Assembly: GCA_963847445.1 (NCBI GenBank)
Contig: CAWJZV010000026.1
Coordinates: 32,001 to 96,000, forward strand
Length of the DNA stretch: 64,000 bases
DNA from: an uncultured delta proteobacterium
GTDB lineage: Bacteria; Desulfobacterota; Binatia; UBA9968
Direction of reading: 5' to 3'
Numbering within the stretch: position 1 is the first letter of the stretch; every line of letters begins with the position of its first letter. A program made the translations under genes and the position numbers. Below the pieces are notes generated by a model that saw only the letters and a list, made by a program, of their open reading frames with translations, was not told the origin of the DNA and ran no database searches. This document shows, in pieces, positions 41,380 to 49,961 of this stretch.

Positions 41380-42079
41380 GCAATGGTACAGCCTCCGAGA
41401 GTCGACGCAAAAGGCCAAGGATCCAGAACTGTCGGTCGTACAGCTGGAGCTTGTCTAGTTTCAAGACGCCTTCTCAGGAAAGTCGGTGCGAAAAACTATT
41501 TGCGAAAAATGCACCGTTGATGGGTTTATGGTTGTTTCCGAGGAAGGTTGCGGATGCTTCAGCGGCGGTTTGCTGATCAACCGTCTTGCTTCGGGCTTCC
41601 AGCATGTTGGCACGTGAATTCGAAGTGTTTGCTGCGGGCCATCGCGCATTCTGACTGTGGAAAACGCAGGAAGATCGTCTCCGGCAGCTCTGCAGTGCCG
41701 TTGGTTGTGGCGATCACTGACAGTCGGAGAAATCACTCAACTGTACCGTACTGGGACGATGGACTCACCGAGGCCTAGCCGTAAACGAAGCCATTCAAAC
41801 AATCCAGGCGAGTCGCATACGATGAACTCGGGGAGCTTCAGCGTCGACAGGTAATGGAAACACTTGATCTAAGACTGATTGTGAGTCGTCGGTTCAATGG
41901 CAAGCTGGCATTCCAGAGTCAAGGCGAGTGCTGCATTCGCTGTTACGAGAAGTCTGCTTCGAACAGCTCTAAGAGGCTACATTACCGTGAGGAGCATCGC
42001 TCAATGTTACATTGGCAAACAACTCACTTAATCTGTGTCAACCGCATCTGCCGGGGTATAATCGTAATCGAGCCAACCT

Positions 42080-43244
42080 ATGACCCAAGAAACATCTCCA
42101 AATTATCCAAACGCTCCCGCGTCGATCAGGTCGGCAGTCTGCTTCGCCCGCAAACACTCAAAGACGCTTACGCCCGCCATGGCAACGGCGAAATCGGCGA
42201 TGAGCGAATTGACACGGATCCAAGATGAGTCCGTCAAAGAACTCATCGCCAAACAAGAAGCCCACGGCGTATCGATCCTGACCGACGGCGAATATCGCCG
42301 GCTCAACTTTCAAGACAGCTTCGTCGAATCGGTCGCGGGATTTATTCCCAAGAAACAAACCATGCAGTTTCAGGAGAGCCGCACGGTTGGCGGCGAAGCG
42401 TTGCAGCGCTGGGTGCCGGACTCGGGGAAAACCGATCCGGCGATGCAATACTGGCGGCCGATCGCTGAGCGGTTGCGGCTCGCGCGCAATGTGCCGCTGG
42501 AGGAATGGCGATCCGCCTCGGCGCTGACCAAGAAGCCGGTGAAAGTGACGCTCATCGCCACCGACCGCATATGTGAAAACTTCCAGCGCCAGAACGCAGC
42601 CGGAGTTTACGCCAGCGCCGAACAGTATCGTGCCGACGTAATCGCCATCGAGCGCGAGATCGTCAAGCAATTAGCCGAGGCTGGCTGTCCCTACATCCAG
42701 CACGATGCTCCGGCCTACACAGCCTACGTCGACGCCAAGTCACTGGAGCGCATGCGCGGCCTGGGCATCGATCCGATGCGGCAAATGACCCAATCGATTG
42801 AAGCTGACAATGCGGTTATCGATGGGATTATCTGGCGTCACCTTCGGCATCCACCTGTGCCGCGGCAACGTGCGCAGCATGTGGCACCGTGAGGGCGGCT
42901 ACGATGCCATCGCTGAGAAGCTATTCAACAGCCTGCATCACGATCGCCTGCTATTGGAATACGACACCGAGCGCGCCGGCACCTTTGCGCCATTGAGATT
43001 TGTCCCGAAGGATAAAATTGTCGTCCTCGGTTTGGTCAGCAGCAAAGTCCCGGAATTGGAATCGGCGGATGGCTTAAAAAGACGCATCGACGAAGCCAGC
43101 CGCTACATTCCCTTGGAACAACTCGCCCTGAGCCCGCAGTGCGGCTTCTCATCGAACATCGTCGGCAATTTGCTAAGCGAAGACGACCAGTGGCGCAAGC
43201 TTGAACTGATTCAGCAAGTCGCCGCGGACGTTTGGGGAAAGTAG
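42080..43244 (+). CDS. Short MetE-like Zn enzyme, subfamily B (frameshifts near 42115-42190 and 42830)
   Basis: RVDQVGSLLRP, LTDGEYRRLNFQDSF, HLCRGNVRSMWHREG, LLEYD, SPQCGF. Confidence 0.88.
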
Positions 43245-43260
43245 AGATTAGAGATATTTA

Positions 43261-43399
43261 TCTCGCAAAGGCGCTAAGGCGCAAAGGTCGGAAAGATTGT
43301 CATTTCGACCGAGGGGAGAAATCTCTCTTAGATCCCTCCCATCCACTCGGGATGACGGCCTCGGTCCGTCACTTGGCGTCTTTGCGCCTTTGCGGGAGA
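43261..43399. repeat. CGCAAAG-arm inverted repeat with a GTCAT..ATGAC inverted element nested inside
   Basis: Outer arms 43261-43286 and 43372-43399; inner gtcatttcgaccgaggggagaaatct (43299-43324) / agatccctcccatccactcgggatgac (43330-43356). Confidence 0.8.
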
Positions 43400-43433
43400 C
43401 ATTCCGATTCCGTTGCGGCTCTGCCGCACCGAT

Positions 43434-44187
43434 CTACCGCGAGCTGGCGTAGTATTCGACGCGGCGCTCAAAATAGGCGACCGCTTCGGAGAGCCCGAAG
43501 GCGAATGTAAACACGATGATCACCAGCGCCCAGAACTCCTCCATGAGAAAGTGTTGCGAATAGAGCTCGAACAACTCGCCGACGCCGATAATCGCGATCA
43601 AGAGCTGGCCGATCACCACGCCTTTGACGCCGCGGATCACGCCTAGACGCACGCCGGCCAAAATCTCCGGCAGGGCGCTCAAGAAGAGAATTTTGCTGTA
43701 AAGTTGCCGTCGCGTCGCGCCGAAGCAGCGCGCCATTTCGACCAGCGATCGGTCCGCCTGCTTGATTCCTACCTGCGTGTCCAGGATGATGACAAAGACC
43801 GCGAACAGAAACACCGTGACCACCACGGTGTTTTCACCGATACCGATCAGCGCCATCAGGATCGGCACCAGCGCGGAGATCGGCGCGCTGACGAAGATAT
43901 TGACCCACATGCCGAGGATCTTTCCCAGGCTCGGCACTCTGGCCATTAAGACGCCTGATAGGAATGCCGATAAGCAGCGCCAGCGCCATGCCGAGCGCAA
44001 ATGAGCGTAGCGAGATCGACACCGCCGCGCTGAATTTCGCCGTCGGGATGATCGTAATTGCCGCGGCAATCACACCGGAAAATGGCGGCACGATGGTCGA
44101 CAGCTTGGCCCGGCCGACAATCTCCCAGACCACGAACCACACCAACAGTGAGAACAGGATCGGGATTCTTTTGCCGAACAGAATCAT
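43434..44187 (-). CDS. ABC transporter permease (SsuC/TauC-like; frameshift near 43955)
   Basis: WEIVGR, SAPISALVPIL, LVEMARCFGA (EAA loop), LPEILAGVRLG. Confidence 0.88.
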
Positions 44188-44341
44188 ATCAAGTCACGAA
44201 TTTCAGATGAATGGAAAGCGGGGTCAAATTGCAAGCCAGACGAGGCCCGAGGGAGGAGCCGGCCGGAAACGTACATTGTTGAGTACGTTGAGGACCGGCG
44301 ACGACCGAGAACGAAGTACGGCGCCGCAAGTTGTGCCCCGT

Positions 44342-45112
44342 CTACACATAGTGCTTCAGGATCTGCCATATCTCGTCAACGGTATCGAGATAGTTCTTGT
44401 CCCGGCGGATCTCGTCGGGGTTTCTCCCGTGGCGGTCGATGTTGGGCTGGATGATCTTCGATATCGTTCCCGGCCGCGGCGATAAAAGGAATATCTGATC
44501 CGAAAGGTAGGCCGCCTCCTCGATACTGTGGGTGACGAAGATCACGGTTTTGTTCTTATGGCGGAGCAGATCCAAAAGCTCTTCCTGAAATTTGCGCCGG
44601 GTCTGCTCATCGACCGAAGAAAACGGCTCGTCCATCAAGATGATATCGGCGTCGACGGTGAGGGCGCGGGCGAGACCGACGCGCTGGCGCATGCCGCCTG
44701 AAAGCTGGTGCGGATAGCTGGTTTCAAACGTTGTCAGGCCGACTTCGGCGATGTGTTTGCGCGCGATTTCATAGCGCTGCGCCTCGGGCAAGCCGCGCAG
44801 CTCCAAACCGAAAGCGACATTGCGCAGCACATTTCCCCAGGGCAACAGCGCGAAGTCTTGAAAGACAAACGCGCGCTCGGCTCCAGGTCCGTCGATTTTT
44901 TTTCCTTTCACCCAAACCTCGCCGCGGCTGGGTGGAATCAGTCCGGCGATAATCTTAAGCAGCGTGGTCTTGCCGCAGCCGCTGGGGCCCAAGAGCGTGC
45001 TCAACTTACCTTGGGGCAGCGCGAGATCGATATGCGCCAGCGCTTCGACGCCGGTCTCATAAACCTTGCCCACGGCTTTGACCTCGACGATGGAGTCAGC
45101 CGGCATGCTCAA
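44342..45112 (-). CDS. ABC transporter ATP-binding protein (SsuB/TauB-like)
   Basis: Walker A GPSGCGKTT, LSGGMRQR, LMDEPF, VTHS. Confidence 0.95.
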   Translation of the reverse strand: MSMPADSIVEVKAVGKVYETGVEALAHIDLALPQGKLSTLLGPSGCGKTTLLKIIAGLIPPSRGEVWVKGKKIDGPGAERAFVFQDFALLPWGNVLRNVAFGLELRGLPEAQRYEIARKHIAEVGLTTFETSYPHQLSGGMRQRVGLARALTVDADIILMDEPFSSVDEQTRRKFQEELLDLLRHKNKTVIFVTHSIEEAAYLSDQIFLLSPRPGTISKIIQPNIDRHGRNPDEIRRDKNYLDTVDEIWQILKHYV

Positions 45113-45909
45113 GGCCTCGCATTTCCGGCGGGAAGAGCTTGCGCTCGAGCCGTTCCAGCGCGTGGATCGTCAAGGCGGCGAAGATGATTATCGAAACGAT
45201 CGCCGCGAACATTTGCGGGTAATCGGCCACCGAGCTGTTGTAGGTAATCAGATCGCCGATCCCGGTCGGCGTGATCAACAGCTCGGCAATCACGATGCCG
45301 ATGAATCCCATCGCCACTCCCAAGCCGGAGCCCGGCAAAGATCAAAGCGCTCGCATGGGGCAGAACGATCTTGAGAACTTCCTGACGTTTTGTCCCAAGA
45401 AAGGCCCGGCACATCTGGATCAACGAAGGGTTGGTGTTGCGGATGCCCTTGTAGGAATTCATCACGATCACCGGCGCCGCCAGGACAACGACGGCCAATA
45501 CCTTGGAAAGGATGCCGATGCCGTACATGTAGGTGATCAGCGGAATGATCGCCGCCATCGGCGCCGCCTGCAGGACGATGAAAATCGGCAAGCTGAACCA
45601 CTCGATGGAGCGGGACAGTCCCATCGCGATGCCGAAACCGATGCCGATGACGCCGGCAAGAGCTATGCCGATGATGAGCGGTTGGAGTGTCGACAGATAG
45701 GCCTTGGCGAGACTGCCGTCGGCGATCATCGACAACAGCGCCAGCAACGTCTTACTGAACGGCGGAAATGAAAAACTGATCGGCCAGCGTCCAGCCAGCT
45801 CCCACAGGCCGAAGAACAGAACGAAAGAGATCAACTGCCAGACGAGAGGTGAAACTGGAGTAATGGAATGATGGAGTACTGGAGTATTGGGTTTTTCCGA
45901 CCCCATCAC
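45096..45909 (-). CDS. ABC transporter permease (SsuC/TauC-like; frameshift near 45320)
   Basis: LWELAGR, APMAAIIPLI, LIQMCRAFLG, IFAGLRLG, IGIVIAELL. Confidence 0.88.
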
Positions 45910-45937
45910 TCCAAAACTCCATCACTCCAGTACTCCA
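45856..45937. repeat. Inverted repeat with tandem TGGAGTRN octamer arms
   Basis: tggagtaatggaatgatggagtactggagtattggg ... cccatcactccaaaactccatcactccagtactcca; overlaps the permease start. Confidence 0.85.
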
Positions 45938-45946
45938 TTGCCTTGC

Positions 45947-46933
45947 TCACTTCACATTCGCCAGCGCCGCTTTGAGCGGCGCCAAATACCAGAAATCCTC
46001 GACCTTGAGATTTTCACCCTTTAACGCGCCGGAGAGAGTATAGAATTCCAGATCGTTCTGGGCCGCGGCGGCGACACCGCCGTCGTTGGGAAACACGCCG
46101 TTTTGCACGGCCTCTTCGAAGAACGGCATAATCTCGCCTTCCAACTTGGCCGGCAGATCGCTGAGCAAGCCGAGCTTTTTGCGCTCGTCGAGAACCGATT
46201 TGGGATTGGCGTTGATCGCGCGATTCACCCTGACCAGCTCTTCGATAAAAATCCTGATGGCCGCCTGGTTCTTGTCGATGAACTCGCGGCTGGCGAACAA
46301 CGCCTCGTCGCTCGCCTTCACGTTGCCCAGCGGCAAAATCATAAATTTATCCGGCGCTTCCTTCATCACCATGTTCTTGTTCGGCGAATCGAGAATCGAC
46401 GCCTTGATATTTCCCTTCAAGAGCGCCAGCCCACGCACTTGAGACCCTGGCACGTAGCTTATGTTCTTAAACTTGATGCCGTGCTGCTTGGCCGCGAGAA
46501 TCATGATCGCCTCGGTGCCCGAGCCGCGCCCCTGCACGGCGATCTCCTGGTTGTCGAGATCCTTCCAGCTCTTGTAACTCTCTTTGTTCACGATCGGGAA
46601 AAATAGCAGGGCGCTCAGCTGAACGAAAAAGCGGATCGGCACGGTAACTTTCTGCAACGCGGCATACGGCGTCCCCTGCCCCACGTCCGCCTGACCGTTG
46701 ATGACCGCCTGGGTCGCCAGCTCTTCGCTCTTGAATGCAGTGATCTCGACGTCCACGCCGCGCGCCTTGGCCCGCTCCACGGCGATCAACAGCGGCAATT
46801 CATCGATGGAAATAACGTCGCCCAAAGCGTAGCGAATCTTGGTTCGCGCCTGCGCCGCCGCTTCGCCGGCCAGAGCGAAAAAGAACGCCGTCAGGATCAG
46901 AAGATTGACAAGCGATTTCTCTATTCGAATCAT
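45947..46933 (-). CDS. ABC transporter substrate-binding protein (cognate to the adjacent permease/ATPase genes)
   Basis: GGAGG RBS, signal peptide, QAVINGQADVG, GRGSGTE, VPGSQVR, EDFWYLAPL. Confidence 0.88.
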   Translation of the reverse strand: MIRIEKSLVNLLILTAFFFALAGEAAAQARTKIRYALGDVISIDELPLLIAVERAKARGVDVEITAFKSEELATQAVINGQADVGQGTPYAALQKVTVPIRFFVQLSALLFFPIVNKESYKSWKDLDNQEIAVQGRGSGTEAIMILAAKQHGIKFKNISYVPGSQVRGLALLKGNIKASILDSPNKNMVMKEAPDKFMILPLGNVKASDEALFASREFIDKNQAAIRIFIEELVRVNRAINANPKSVLDERKKLGLLSDLPAKLEGEIMPFFEEAVQNGVFPNDGGVAAAAQNDLEFYTLSGALKGENLKVEDFWYLAPLKAALANVK

Positions 46934-47043
46934 CGTAGCCACCTCCCTGATTATCAACTGATGGGCGGGAGTACCGCGAAACCGCCCTGACTGTCAAGCT
47001 GTTTTTAGATCTTGGTTTTTCCAGGTTTAGTGCGGATGAATAT

Positions 47044-47367
47044 TCACCACGAAGGGTTTCATGTGGTTACGTTACGCACACCTGCGGAAAATCAAAATGG
47101 CGAAACCCGTAGGATGTGGTGAGTCCGCGAACCGCATCGAAGAAGTGCGGCTTACCAACGATGCGGTTCCCTTTGGTCACCACATCCTACAAACCTGCTT
47201 GACGCGTCATTCCCGCGCACGCGGGAAGTTTGGCGCAGCCCAAACCTGGATACCCGCGTTCGCGGGTATGACGAGTCGAGGAGGGAATTCCCTCGATTTT
47301 CATTCTCCCTGGGCGTGCGCTGAGATCATGATTGCCTTCGTGGTGAAAACTTCCTAACCTTCGTGGT
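47044..47367. repeat. Composite repeat: CACGAAG arms enclosing a GTAG REP doublet (47109-47190) and a dRS3-like pair (47205-47273)
   Basis: caccacgaagg ... gtaggatgtggtgagtccgcgaaccgcatc / gatgcggttccctttggtcaccacatcctac ... cgtcattcccgcgcacgcgggaa / cctggatacccgcgttcgcgggtatgacg ... ccttcgtggtg (twice). Confidence 0.8.
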
Positions 47368-47430
47368 GCAGGAAATCATTGTCAACGTGCTACGTTACCC
47401 GCACGGAAGGCTGAAGAGTCTAAAGTCAAA

Positions 47431-47459
47431 TTGACACCCGTCAGCCCCTTTGTTATTCG
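47431..47459 (+). promoter_or_regulatory. Putative sigma70 promoter (TTGACA-17-TATTCG with extended TG)
   Basis: Perfect -35 and 17-bp spacer upstream of the AGGAG RBS and ATG 47495. Confidence 0.45.
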
Positions 47460-47494
47460 ATGGACTACGCCGGAAACTTCTCTAGGAGCAAATC

Positions 47495-48616
47495 ATGAAA
47501 AACGGTTACAAAGCGATGGATTCGGATATGCATGTCATGGAACCCTGTGACCTATGGCAAAAGTATATCGATAAGAAATATCTCGACCGCGCGCCCATCG
47601 GTCTGAACCGCCACAAACGCGATCTGGGCGTGGAGGTCGACGGCAAGGTTATGCCGCGGCCGACGCCCAAGCCGAACCCGGCGCTGCGGCCGCTGCGCGA
47701 GAAGATTTTGAACGAACGCTATCAGGAAGAAGAGGCGCGCGATTTCGACAACGTCGCCCAGCTGCGCGCCATGGATAAGGAAGGTCTCGATGTCGCGATC
47801 CTTTATCCGAGCCGCGGACTGTTCGTCCTCGCCGTCGACCATCTCGATCCCGATCTCGCCGCCGCCATCGCCAAGGCCTACAACGACTGGATGTTCGACT
47901 TCTGCAAAGTCGCGCCCGAGCGCATGTACGGCGCCGGCATCGTCGCGCCCCACGATGTTTCCGCGGCGGTGGAAGAAACCCGCCGCTGCGTCAAAGAGCT
48001 GGGCTTCCGCAGCGTCCTCGTGCGGCCGAACCATGTCAACGGCAAGATGTGGAGCGATCCCTACTACGACCCGCTCTGGGAAGAATGCCAGAAGCTGAAT
48101 ATTCCGATCGGCTTTCACGAAGCCGGCCGGGTGTTTTTGCCGCAGCCGGCGCTGTCGGAGTTCATCCCGAGCTTCACCATGTTCAACACCTTGTCGTTTC
48201 CCATGGCCAACATGTTCGCCTGCTCGGACATGATTTACGGCGGCGTCATGGAACGTTTTCCCAAACTCAAAGTCGCCTACCTCGAAGGCAACTGCGCCTG
48301 GCTGCCCTGGCTCTTGTGGCGCATGGGCGAGTACGCCGAGCTCACCGGCGCCGCCGAGCATCCGGAAATGAAGCTCGAACCGCTGGAATATTTCCAGCGC
48401 CAATGCTGGGGCGCGGTGGAGTGCGACGAACATGTCGCCAAGTTCATCCCCGAGTTCGGCCTCGAAGACAACATCGTCTTCTCCACCGACTACCCGCATC
48501 TAGACGTGAAATATCCCCACGCCGTGGAGAGTTTTCTGAATATGCCGTTCAGCGATCAGAGCAAACGAAAATATTTGTGGGATAACTGCGCGCGGCTATA
48601 CGGATTTGGATACTAA
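47495..48616 (+). CDS. Amidohydrolase_2 family protein
   Basis: MDSDMHVME, AMDKEGLDVAILYPS, IGFHE, ERFPKLKVAYLEG, FSTDYPH. Confidence 0.92.
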   Translation: MKNGYKAMDSDMHVMEPCDLWQKYIDKKYLDRAPIGLNRHKRDLGVEVDGKVMPRPTPKPNPALRPLREKILNERYQEEEARDFDNVAQLRAMDKEGLDVAILYPSRGLFVLAVDHLDPDLAAAIAKAYNDWMFDFCKVAPERMYGAGIVAPHDVSAAVEETRRCVKELGFRSVLVRPNHVNGKMWSDPYYDPLWEECQKLNIPIGFHEAGRVFLPQPALSEFIPSFTMFNTLSFPMANMFACSDMIYGGVMERFPKLKVAYLEGNCAWLPWLLWRMGEYAELTGAAEHPEMKLEPLEYFQRQCWGAVECDEHVAKFIPEFGLEDNIVFSTDYPHLDVKYPHAVESFLNMPFSDQSKRKYLWDNCARLYGFGY

Positions 48617-48622
48617 GAAATC

Positions 48623-48702
48623 GTTCAAGGTTCAAGGGTTCAAGAGTTCAAGGCCGGATTTCGGAAACAACATTGAACGTTTGAACCGTTGAACCTTTGA
48701 AC
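48623..48702. repeat. Inverted repeat with GTTCAA x4 and TTGAAC x4 arms
   Basis: gttcaaggttcaagggttcaagagttcaag ... ttgaacgtttgaaccgttgaacctttgaac, starting 6 nt after the stop. Confidence 0.85.
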
Positions 48703-48737
48703 GGCTGTCACTTAGTTATGGCCGCGCGGTTTTTGCT

Positions 48738-49820
48738 ATGACCCTGCAATCCTGGAAGATGTTAGTTGCCGTGGCTGCCGTCATCGCGGTCGTTGGCGGG
48801 TTCGGCGTGTGGTGGTGGCGCACCTCCGGCTATGTCTCCACGGACGACGCCCGCATCAAAGCCGAGGTCGTAGCGGTTAGCGCGGAACTGACCGCCAAGC
48901 TCAACTCCCTCACCAAAGAGGAAGGCGAGCTGGTCACCCGCCAGGAAGTGCTCGCCACGCTGGATCGCCGCGAGCTGGAGATATTGCTCCAACAAGCCGA
49001 CGCGGAGGCGGACCGCTTGCGTAACAAAGCGCAGCAAGGGGCAAAGGAGATCGAACTACACATCGCCAGACAAAAAGAAGAAGTGGTAAAGGCGGAGGCC
49101 GCGTTGCGAGCTTCGCGCCATCAATTCGACGACGCGCGGGCCCATGCCGATCAGGCAAAAGAGGACTGGTCGAGAAATCAAAAGCTCTTCGATCGAGCGC
49201 TCGTCGCCGAGCAGGAACTGGAGCGGGCAAAAACCAGCTTGCGCCAGGCCGACGCACAGCTGTCGACGATGCAGGAAAAAATCAAAGAGGGCCAGTCGAG
49301 CCTGGATTTGGCACGCATCAAGGCTCAAGAAACGGCGGTCATGGAGGCCGATCTTCAGGCCCGCAGCGCCGACGTGCGACGGGCCGAAGCCGTGCTCGCC
49401 GACTTGCGCCGCAAGCTGCAGCTGACGACGATTCACAGTCCGGTGGCGGGTGTGGTAGTGAAGAAGAACGCTAACACCGGCGAAGTCATTCAAAGCGGCC
49501 AGCCGATCTATATGATCGTCGACGCCAGCCGCTACTGGATCGAAGCCAATGTCGAGGAAACTCAGATTCGCTTTGTCCGGCCCGGCAGCCCGGTGCTCAT
49601 CAGGGTGGATTCCTATCCGGACCAGCAATTTGACGGCAAAGTCGTCGAAGTCGGCGGCGCCACGGTTTCGGAGTTTTCCCTGTTCACGCCGCAGAAACTC
49701 ACAGGGCTATTCATCAAGTCGACCCAGCGCCTGCCGGTCAAGATCTCTGTGACCAATTCTAACGGCGCGCTGCGCGTCGGCATGCTCGTCGTGGTGCGGA
49801 TCAAGAAGCACACCCATTGA
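48738..49820 (+). CDS. HlyD/EmrA family membrane fusion protein
   Basis: N-terminal TM, VSTDDA, coiled coil, IHSPVAGVV, WIEANVEET, TQRLPVKI. Confidence 0.92.
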   Translation: MTLQSWKMLVAVAAVIAVVGGFGVWWWRTSGYVSTDDARIKAEVVAVSAELTAKLNSLTKEEGELVTRQEVLATLDRRELEILLQQADAEADRLRNKAQQGAKEIELHIARQKEEVVKAEAALRASRHQFDDARAHADQAKEDWSRNQKLFDRALVAEQELERAKTSLRQADAQLSTMQEKIKEGQSSLDLARIKAQETAVMEADLQARSADVRRAEAVLADLRRKLQLTTIHSPVAGVVVKKNANTGEVIQSGQPIYMIVDASRYWIEANVEETQIRFVRPGSPVLIRVDSYPDQQFDGKVVEVGGATVSEFSLFTPQKLTGLFIKSTQRLPVKISVTNSNGALRVGMLVVVRIKKHTH

Positions 49821-49869
49821 GGTGGACCGGATGGAAACCGTTCCTAGCAGCTTTGTGAGATACGCTGTG

Positions 49870-49961
49870 GGCAGGCTGCTCAACAAGATCTCAGAGGCGA
49901 GGCACGCGGAGCGAAGCGATCGAGCGCAACGAAGCCTATGAAGCTTTTTCAGCAGCCTGCC
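49870..49961. mobile_element. Putative 92-bp MITE with 18-bp imperfect terminal inverted repeats
   Basis: ggcaggctgctcaacaag vs reverse complement ggcaggctgctgaaaaag (16/18); contains the ATG of the MFS ORF. Confidence 0.55.
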
